In this document: positions 1 to 6,433 of the stretch, piece by piece
Numbering within the stretch: the stretch's first letter is position 1
How the letters are laid out: each line of letters opens with the position of its first letter
Origin: Candidatus Fermentibacteraceae bacterium
GTDB taxonomy: Bacteria; Fermentibacterota; Fermentibacteria; Fermentibacterales; JCC-6
Assembly (NCBI GenBank): GCA_021162285.1
Contig: JAGGYZ010000329.1
Coordinates: 1 to 45,472, forward strand
DNA length: 45,472 nucleotides
Reading direction: 5' to 3'
Notes under the pieces: model-generated
Seen by the model: only the letters and a program-made list of their open reading frames with translations
What the model was told of the DNA's origin: nothing
The model's database searches: none
Program-made: the position numbers and the translations under genes

Positions 1-831
1 CATGAGCCGTGGGAATTGGTGATGCGGGCGCAAGCAGCACTGCATAAAGCGAGTAAGAAGTGTGTCTGCAATTCCGGAATGATTGCTGAACTTCATGAGA
101 TTACCGATGAGCTTGAAATCGCATTGAGTGGCGATGAACCCACTGCAGGGGAGGTGATGCGGATACTGGGGCATGAGCTGAAGTCTCCTATTGCTGCCAT
201 TGTAAGCCTTCTGCATGCTGTTGAGATAGGTTATGTGAAGAATCCGGAGAATTCACTGCGGATGATAGGGCGGGCAAGGAAGAGGGCAGAGGAGCTTGTC
301 CCGCTGGTTAATGACATCATGGTTCTTGGTAACCTTTCTGAAACGGATCCGTCGGAGCTTAACGAGAAGGTCAGTATGCTTGAGGTATGCAGGAGCGTGC
401 ATGAACTCATGGAACTGATGTTTGAGGAGAAGGGGATCTGCTTCAAGTTCAAGTACCCGGAATCAGAGCCGTTTCTTCCTGTAAGAGGGAGGGAGAGCTT
501 TCTCAGGAGAGTTGTTCAGAATCTGTGTGTAAATGCATTCAAGTACAACAGAACCGGAGGATGTATCTATCTCAGGGTGTTCTCAGAGGGCTCCGAGGTT
601 GTTGTTGAGATCAAGGATACTGGAATGGGAATCCCAGCAGATGATCTGCCGCATGTGTTTGATTTTCTTTTCAGGGGAAAGCAGGCAAAGAGAAACCCTG
701 ACGGGGGGCTTGGTCTGGGGTTATCAATGGTGAAGCAGATTGTTGATGTTCATGGTGGTTCTATTTCTGCTGAAAGTGAAGAGGGCAGTGGAACAACCAT
801 GACAGTTCGCCTTCCCCTGTACGGGGATTAG
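1..831 (+). CDS. Sensor histidine kinase, transmitter part (HisKA + HATPase_c); the 5' end runs off the window
   Basis: Frame 1 is open from nt 1, upstream of the listed Met at 16. Motifs present: H-box HELKSPIAAI, N-box QNLCVNAFKYN, G1 IKDTGMGI, F-box FDFLFRG, G2 GGLGLGLSMVKQIV. Confidence 0.9.
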   Translation, partial: HEPWELVMRAQAALHKASKKCVCNSGMIAELHEITDELEIALSGDEPTAGEVMRILGHELKSPIAAIVSLLHAVEIGYVKNPENSLRMIGRARKRAEELVPLVNDIMVLGNLSETDPSELNEKVSMLEVCRSVHELMELMFEEKGICFKFKYPESEPFLPVRGRESFLRRVVQNLCVNAFKYNRTGGCIYLRVFSEGSEVVVEIKDTGMGIPADDLPHVFDFLFRGKQAKRNPDGGLGLGLSMVKQIVDVHGGSISAESEEGSGTTMTVRLPLYGD

Positions 832-837
832 GCTGAT

Positions 838-1461
838 TCAGTCGGCATCTTTCATGCTTACAGGCCAGGTGTAGCCTTTGCTGTCTACAGTTACATCCCA
901 AATGGTGTAGGTGTTTCCGGATTCGTCCTCTACATAGATATCATAGGTGTCTGACTGAACATAGGCGGTGTAGGTATCACCGTGATACAGTCTTTCACCG
1001 TTTATGTGATTGTTACCCCAGTCACCACTGCTGGATGGTGACAGCCAGACACCACTGAGGGTTCTGCTTTCAAGATTGTTAGTTACCGCAACTGCACAAT
1101 GTCCTGCGTACTGAACTGTCGTAGCTATATCGATATCATCCAGTGTAACAGTCCAGTTAAATCCGTCTGTGCCTATGCGAACACCCTGAACTGTATAGGT
1201 ATCACCGTCTTCGTCGGTGACCTGCAGGTCGTACACTCCTGGCCTGACCATTACCTCAGCCTCCCGGCCTGGAGCCAGGATATCGGTGCCGGGAAGATGA
1301 TTTGTGCCCCAGATATTGTCTGTGCCTCTGCTGATGTATACGCAGGTGATATCGTAGTTTTCAAGGCCGTTTGTTACAACCAGGGGTACTTTCTCCAGAC
1401 AGCCGGTTGAAAGCACAACACCGACGACTGCCGCCAGGTAGAAAATTGTCTTTCTCTTCAA
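838..1461 (-). CDS. Array gene A: predicted lipoprotein with 2 copies of the unrecognised ~90-aa acidic W-rich module
   Basis: TTG start with AAGGGG about 7 nt upstream. The N-terminus MKRKTIFYLAAVVGVVLSTGC has a basic n-region, a hydrophobic core and Cys21. The two modules each carry VTN-x-L, W-G-x-N, G-x-YD-h-x-V-x-DE-x-G-x-TYT and a D-x-D end. Paralogy with five neighbouring genes supports coding. Confidence 0.88.
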   Translation of the reverse strand: MKRKTIFYLAAVVGVVLSTGCLEKVPLVVTNGLENYDITCVYISRGTDNIWGTNHLPGTDILAPGREAEVMVRPGVYDLQVTDEDGDTYTVQGVRIGTDGFNWTVTLDDIDIATTVQYAGHCAVAVTNNLESRTLSGVWLSPSSSGDWGNNHINGERLYHGDTYTAYVQSDTYDIYVEDESGNTYTIWDVTVDSKGYTWPVSMKDAD

Positions 1462-1512
1462 AACACTGCCCCTTTTTAAACAGTATTACCTGGATGCTTC
1501 AAATTTATTCCA

Positions 1513-1839
1513 TCAGTCCATGTCTGATGGTGCTACTATCCATTCGTAATCTTCAGTCTCTATCTCGATGTCCCATACTGTGTACGTTTTTCCGTATTGA
1601 TCAACAACCTGCAAGTCGTATGTATCCGGAAGAACAGTAATTTCATGGGACTCTCCAGGCTGCAGCACTTTCCAGTCTGGAAGATTGCTTGTTCCCCATT
1701 CTTCCTCGGAGCCACTGCTGACATACACATACTCTATATTCCTGTCCTCCAGACCGTTGGTGATGATGACCTTTGCAGGATCGTAGCATCCCGTTGCAAC
1801 GAGAAACATGAATAGTGCTGTAATTAACAGTTTTGACAT
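1513..1839 (-). CDS. Array gene B: predicted lipoprotein with 1 copy of the module
   Basis: I prefer the ATG at 1839 (GAAAGGAAC SD-like, then 4 nt) over the GTG at 1860. N-terminus MSKLLITALFMFLVATGC. Module: ITNGLEDRNIEYVYV..WGTSNL..LQPGE..YDLQVVDQYGKTYTVWDIEI..YEWIV..SDMD. Confidence 0.85.
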   Translation of the reverse strand: MSKLLITALFMFLVATGCYDPAKVIITNGLEDRNIEYVYVSSGSEEEWGTSNLPDWKVLQPGESHEITVLPDTYDLQVVDQYGKTYTVWDIEIETEDYEWIVAPSDMD

Positions 1840-1855
1840 ATAGTTCCTTTCACTG

Positions 1856-1887
1856 CACACAAAAACAGGGGGCAGGATAGCCCCCTG
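1856..1887 (-). terminator. Rho-independent terminator or attenuator hairpin between array genes C and B
   Basis: An 8-bp GC-rich stem CAGGGGGC (1866-1873) pairs with GCCCCCTG (1880-1887) around a 6-nt loop. On the minus strand it is followed by TTTTT. The A/T flanks also make it potentially bidirectional. Confidence 0.7.
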
Positions 1888-1909
1888 TTTAATGAATCAG
1901 GGCGTGAAC

Positions 1910-2848
1910 CTAGTTCATGTCGGAGAGTTCAACTTCCCAGTAGAAACCGTCTTCAGCAACATCAATATCCCAGAGTGTATAGGAGTCGCCGTCTTCGTCT
2001 TCAACCTTGAAGTCGTAGGTGTTGCCGGCAGGAACGTAGAAAGTGAATTCCTCACCGGGCTCAAGGAGTTCGGAACCAAGGCGGTCTTCGCCCCATGGTC
2101 CGTCGCTTGGATCACCGTACATATACCAGATTGTCCAGTCGCCAAGACCGTTGTAGATGGTGATAGGGGCATCGCCTTCAACGACATCCTCAATGCTTGA
2201 ATCCATGTCGGAAAGCTGTACATCCCACTCAAAGCCATCCTCGCCTACCCAGACATCCCAGAGGTAGTAGTTATCGTCATCTTCATCGGTGCACATGAAG
2301 TCGTAGTAGTCGTTGGCCGGAACGGTAAAGGATACCAATTCTTCCGGTTCAAGAAGCTCGGAACCAAGCCGGTCTTCGCCCCATCCATCTTCTGATGAAG
2401 GGCTGGCGTATGCGTACCAGATTGTCCAGTCGCCAAGCTCGTTTACAAAGGTAACGGTTGCATCCGGAACATTCCAGTCTCCGTCTTCGTAGACAACTTC
2501 CCACTCGTAGTCGTGCTCGTCAATTTCAACGCCGTACCTTGTGTAGATACCGCCGTCTTCGTCTTCAATCCAGAGATCGTAGCTACCGGCATCATCAAGA
2601 GTCAGTGTGAATTCTTCTCCTGGAAGAAGAGGTTCATCAATGAGATTTTCTGACCATGCTGCAGCCTCTGAAGAATCGATCCAGATCTCTGTAACTTCAA
2701 GGTCTTCCAGGCCGTTGATGATAGTAGCCTCGACAATTACATCCTCAACTTCTTCAGTTGTGTCGTTTGCCGGTGCTTCGCCACCACCGCAGGCAAGAAA
2801 CAGTACCGGCAGAGCCAGTAGTGCAATAAACAGATTAAACTTCTTCAA
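1910..2848 (-). CDS. Array gene C: predicted lipoprotein with 3 copies of the module; extremely acidic
   Basis: TTG start preceded by GGAGGG with a 5-nt spacer. N-terminus MKKFNLFIALLALPVLFLACGGG. Three modules at aa ~38-125, 126-216 and 217-312. My hand count is about 85 D/E versus 6 K/R in 312 aa. Confidence 0.9.
   Translation of the reverse strand: MKKFNLFIALLALPVLFLACGGGEAPANDTTEEVEDVIVEATIINGLEDLEVTEIWIDSSEAAAWSENLIDEPLLPGEEFTLTLDDAGSYDLWIEDEDGGIYTRYGVEIDEHDYEWEVVYEDGDWNVPDATVTFVNELGDWTIWYAYASPSSEDGWGEDRLGSELLEPEELVSFTVPANDYYDFMCTDEDDDNYYLWDVWVGEDGFEWDVQLSDMDSSIEDVVEGDAPITIYNGLGDWTIWYMYGDPSDGPWGEDRLGSELLEPGEEFTFYVPAGNTYDFKVEDEDGDSYTLWDIDVAEDGFYWEVELSDMN
1913..2473 (-). repeat. Intragenic tandem duplication (period 288-291 nt) encoding modules 2 and 3 of array gene C
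   Basis: Near-identical DNA blocks recur. TACCAGATTGTCCAGTCGCCAAG occurs at 2124 and 2415. TCGGAACCAAG[G/C]CGGTCTTCGCCCCAT occurs at ~2070 and ~2358. Shared protein runs include GDWTIWY and WGEDRLGSELLEP. Confidence 0.85.
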
Positions 2849-3241
2849 CTTTCCCTCCTTTTGTGTACTTTAAAAATTACCATACCGAACAGGGAACAAT
2901 AAGAGAACACAGCAGCCGAGTAAAGACCATCGTGGACACGAGTCACCAGAGTTGCAGCTTGAACTGATTTCAAAGCTTAGCAGTACATTCCGATCGCTTC
3001 ACTTCGTGCCTGCTGCAGCAGCACAGTAGACACTCTACCATGTGTCTTCACTAACACTGAACCTGCTGTACAGTATTTCCAGGAGCTTGTCCGAGAATAG
3101 ACATTGAGCAACAGCGCCTCACGGACGAGACGAAAAGCATGCCGATTAGAGGATAACAGCAACGCTATTTGACGATGATTGGCGTGTTTTGCAGCCGTTC
3201 GTGTGGTGTCTAATGCCGATGTTGTATTTTCGGTCAGACTC

Positions 3242-3568
3242 CTAGTCTATGTCGGAAAGAGTAACTGCCCAGTCGTATCCGTCTGAACCGATTACAACAT
3301 CCCAGCGCGTGTAAGGATCTCCATCCTCATCAACAATCCTGATGTCATAGGTTCCGGCTGCAACACCGATTGTTACTTCGTCACCCGGCTCCATGATCTC
3401 ACTGATGCGGTTGGTGCTCCATTCGCTGTCTTCAGCAGGGTCAATATTAATTTCTTCGATGTTCCACGCGCCAAGATCGTTGGTAATTTTTACCTGTACC
3501 TGGCCTCCGCAGCCGGAAACAAGAGTTGCGGCAAGTGCCAAGACAAGCAATACTGAAAGCTTCTTCAT
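3242..3568 (-). CDS. Array gene D: predicted lipoprotein with 1 copy of the module
   Basis: I prefer the ATG at 3568 (GGAGGGATT immediately upstream) over the Met at 3607. N-terminus MKKLSVLLVLALAATLVSGCGG. Module: KITNDLGAWNIEEINI..WSTNRI..MEPGDE..GTYDIRIVDEDGDPYTRWDVVIGSDGYDWAVTLSDID. Confidence 0.88.
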   Translation of the reverse strand: MKKLSVLLVLALAATLVSGCGGQVQVKITNDLGAWNIEEINIDPAEDSEWSTNRISEIMEPGDEVTIGVAAGTYDIRIVDEDGDPYTRWDVVIGSDGYDWAVTLSDID

Positions 3569-3625
3569 AATCCCTCCATTTGACTGAGCAGTGTCAACCA
3601 CTGGCACCGCTGTATTTCACCCTCT

Positions 3626-3662
3626 ATAAAATAAGGCAGAGACTGCCGCAGGTAAAGCCTGC
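3626..3662 (-). terminator. Possible terminator after array gene E (two short adjacent hairpins plus a U-rich tract)
   Basis: Read on the minus strand: GCAGG-CTTTA-CCTGC, then GGCAG-TCT-CTGCC, followed by TTATTTTAT. The stems are only 5 bp each. Confidence 0.4.
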
Positions 3663-3692
3663 GCACACATTGAAGTGCTGAGACAGGGTGTG

Positions 3693-4661
3693 TTACGGAA
3701 AAAACTGATCGAGATCGCTCATGGAAACTCTCCAGCTGTTTCCGCCAGCAGACACTGCAATTCCGTACCTGGTGTAGCTGTCATTGTCTTCATCCACAAC
3801 TTTTACATCGTAGGTTCCCGGGTCAAGCAGCAGAGAGTACAGCTCTTTGGGCTCGATACCGGAAGATGCCAGATGGTTTTCACTCCATGTTTCCACTCCG
3901 GAGTTTCTGTGGTATAGACCTGTAATTATCCAGTCACCAAGAGCATTGCAGAGAATCAGTCTGCTGCTTCCCGTACCGGAGCTCTTCATGGTGTACAACA
4001 GACAGTTTTTCGTGATACTGCAGGCTGCAGCAGCCTGATCGGGCAGAGTCAGAGATACTCTGCAGCTGTAGCGATTTCCCATGTCATCTGTGGCGTTAAC
4101 TGTGTAGCTGCCCTGGGAGACTCTGGTGTTCAGTGCTTTCCCCGGGGGAAGAACGAAGGTGCCCAGGATGTTTGGACTGCTTACAGGGTCACCACCTTCA
4201 CAGGTAATGGTGACTGTGTGAATGTTGTGCCATTCCAGTCCATTTGTTATTCTGACCAGGCTTTCTCCGGACCCGGCATAGAACTCTGCATCGGACTCCA
4301 TGATGTGTTCAAATGTGTCGCGATTTGTCATGGATATCTGCACTCTAAGAGTTTCAGCAGCTGCAACGCTGCACCGGTACATCCCTCCTTCGGTATCAGA
4401 TGCCGTCAGTTCTGAACATGCAGCAGGAACAGACAATTGAAGTGTTTCGCCTGGGCGAAGATCACTTTCAATAAGGTTTACAGTTCCACCATCCAGCAGA
4501 ATTCTGTCAAGAGTAATATCTGGAAGTGAGTTTGTCACGAAAATGAGTTTTGTACTTTCGCCTGCACCCGGTTTAAGGAGAAACACAGCTGCAATAGCTA
4601 CAACCAGAACAACCAGCGGTATCGCAAGTTTTCCAGTATTCCTGGTGCTTGTTTTCAGCAC
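3693..4661 (-). CDS. Array gene E: membrane-anchored or secreted protein with 1 canonical and 2 degenerate, Cys-containing copies of the module
   Basis: GTG start 4 nt after the stop of gene F. The N-terminal hydrophobic helix LAIPLVVLVVAIAAVFLL has no lipobox Cys. The C-terminal module is canonical (CNALGDWII..WSENHL..GTYDVKVVDEDNDSYTRYGI..WRVSMSDLD). Two upstream modules keep only VTNSL/ITNGL, L-x-PG and D-x-x-G-x-x-Y. Confidence 0.85.
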   Translation of the reverse strand: MLKTSTRNTGKLAIPLVVLVVAIAAVFLLKPGAGESTKLIFVTNSLPDITLDRILLDGGTVNLIESDLRPGETLQLSVPAACSELTASDTEGGMYRCSVAAAETLRVQISMTNRDTFEHIMESDAEFYAGSGESLVRITNGLEWHNIHTVTITCEGGDPVSSPNILGTFVLPPGKALNTRVSQGSYTVNATDDMGNRYSCRVSLTLPDQAAAACSITKNCLLYTMKSSGTGSSRLILCNALGDWIITGLYHRNSGVETWSENHLASSGIEPKELYSLLLDPGTYDVKVVDEDNDSYTRYGIAVSAGGNSWRVSMSDLDQFFP

Positions 4662-4665
4662 GCGC

Positions 4666-5442
4666 TCAGTCCAATTCGTCCCGATCCAGAGCTGTTACCG
4701 GCCAGAATACTCCGTCCTCGTCAAGTTCAATCTGCCAGAGTGTGTATACGTTGTCGTCAGAGTCCACAACTCTTATGTCGTACACTCCACTTTCCAGCCA
4801 GATTCCCATCTCTGATCCTGAGCCCAGAATGCTTGCCTGAAGCCAGTCTTCACCCCACGAGTCGCTGTTGCCTGGCGAGCAGTACACATTCCATATGGAA
4901 AGATGTTCCAGGTCGTTTCTCAAGGCAAACTCACAGCTGCCACTGCCGGTTGATATGTATGTTGGTGAATCTGTGAGATCAGAGCTGCCACTGGGCAGCC
5001 CGGTTCCTTGCATTGCCTCATTGAAGTACTGCGTAAGGTCCTGAACAAGATTCAGTTTCCATCTGCTTCCATCTCTGATGAATTCGTAGGACCTCACATC
5101 GCCGCCCTGTTCGGAAAGGAGGTAAGCTTTCTCATTTCGAAATTCAACTGATACAACAACATCAGAGAACACAAGAAAGTCGGTTTCTGACACGAGAGAG
5201 GCAAGCAGTTCTTCACCCTGGTTGTTGAACGGAGCACCGGCAGCGGTGTAGATTACTGCTATATCGTCGAGGAGATCTGCAGTTTCATCGGAAAAACCGC
5301 GGGCAAGACCGTGCCAGTTCTCCTGTGAGGCATCTTCCATTAATGTGTTGTAACTGTCGACAACTTCCCTCTGATCGCTGTTCCATCCTATGCATGCAAC
5401 CGCAGACAGGAGAAGGGCGGAAACCATCAGTTGTTTTTTCAA
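4666..5442 (-). CDS. Array gene F: predicted lipoprotein with a distinct ~150-aa N-terminal domain plus 1 C-terminal copy of the module
   Basis: TTG start with AAGGAG 6 nt upstream. N-terminus MKKQLMVSALLLSAVACIG. C-terminal module: LRNDLEHLSIWNVY..WGEDWL..GVYDIRVVDSDDNVYTLWQIELDEDGVFWPV. The N-terminal part (..RSYEFIRDGSRWKLN..) is unrelated to the module. Confidence 0.85.
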   Translation of the reverse strand: MKKQLMVSALLLSAVACIGWNSDQREVVDSYNTLMEDASQENWHGLARGFSDETADLLDDIAVIYTAAGAPFNNQGEELLASLVSETDFLVFSDVVVSVEFRNEKAYLLSEQGGDVRSYEFIRDGSRWKLNLVQDLTQYFNEAMQGTGLPSGSSDLTDSPTYISTGSGSCEFALRNDLEHLSIWNVYCSPGNSDSWGEDWLQASILGSGSEMGIWLESGVYDIRVVDSDDNVYTLWQIELDEDGVFWPVTALDRDELD

Positions 5443-5572
5443 GGCAGACTCCTTTTCCGATTCATTCCAGAGAGAACTCTACCCATTTGAGGTGAGCTGG
5501 TCAACATCCACCTGTTGATTCCTGCTTTTTTGGGTTATTATCGGTGGTAATTAATCCCTTCCGGAGGACTTT

Positions 5573-6433
5573 ATGGATAGAGTTAGTTTTCCCCGTATGG
5601 TTGAGCTTGATGTTGTGACAGGGCTTCCACCAAGGAAAATGCTTGATCACGATCTGCCTGTGCTTCTCAGGTCAATGGGCACAGCAGGGTTGCCCATGTG
5701 CTCTATAATGATAGACATTGATCACTTCAAGAAATTCAACGACAGGTATGGGCATGACATCGGAGATCTGGTTTTAAAACATGTGTCGTCAATTATCAGA
5801 GAAGCTGTGAAATTCAGGGGGGAAGCATACCGTTACGGGGGAGAGGAAATCACAGTTCTTATGCTTAACTCCAGTGGACCGGAAGGGTTGGCAACTGCTG
5901 AGAGAATTTGTTCTGCAGTAGAAAACTCTGTGGTAAAAGCCGTTGTTAGGGGAAAAGAACAGCCTCTCTCAATTCAGATTTCTCTGGGAGTAGCTTCCAC
6001 AGGCTCTGTTGCAGGTTCGGAACTTATTGTTTGTTCCGACCAGGCTTTGTACAATGCGAAGTCAGCTGGAAGGAATCAGGCAGTTCTGTTTAAAAAAGGA
6101 AACAGTAAAGATGTTTCTACAACCGTAATTGATGTTCATTTTCCGTCCAGATCAGCTATTCTGGGAGGCAACTACATACTGCTGAAAAAGTGGTTCAGTT
6201 TCAGTAACCCCACGGACATAGAAGCCAGGGAGATAAAGGATCCAAACACAGACAGCAGTGAATTTGCCGACGGCCCTCCACCTCCATACGGTTTTGTGAA
6301 AGCAGAGATCAGGGGAAGGGTAAGCGAAATTGAACGGAGAGGTAACCATACCTATTTCAAGTTCGAGGTAAAAAGCGAGATCATTGATCTGATGTTCAAG
6401 TACATTCAGGATACCCGCAATGCAGCGAATTAG
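5573..6433 (+). CDS. GGDEF-domain protein (putative diguanylate cyclase) with no N-terminal sensor and an unassigned ~113-aa C-terminal extension
   Basis: GGAGG SD 5 nt upstream. Motifs: DVVTGLPPRKML, DIDHFKKFNDRYGHDIGD and the active-site motif RYGGEEI. There is no RxxD I-site in the expected position (KFRG there instead). Confidence 0.9.
   Translation: MDRVSFPRMVELDVVTGLPPRKMLDHDLPVLLRSMGTAGLPMCSIMIDIDHFKKFNDRYGHDIGDLVLKHVSSIIREAVKFRGEAYRYGGEEITVLMLNSSGPEGLATAERICSAVENSVVKAVVRGKEQPLSIQISLGVASTGSVAGSELIVCSDQALYNAKSAGRNQAVLFKKGNSKDVSTTVIDVHFPSRSAILGGNYILLKKWFSFSNPTDIEAREIKDPNTDSSEFADGPPPPYGFVKAEIRGRVSEIERRGNHTYFKFEVKSEIIDLMFKYIQDTRNAAN

Noticed and set aside
2977-3162. 61-aa ORF in the 393-nt gap of the lipoprotein array
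   Set aside because: It has no SD-like sequence and no signal peptide or module motifs, and its composition is Arg/Ser/Leu-rich. I treat it as non-coding; the gap itself is reported as a finding.
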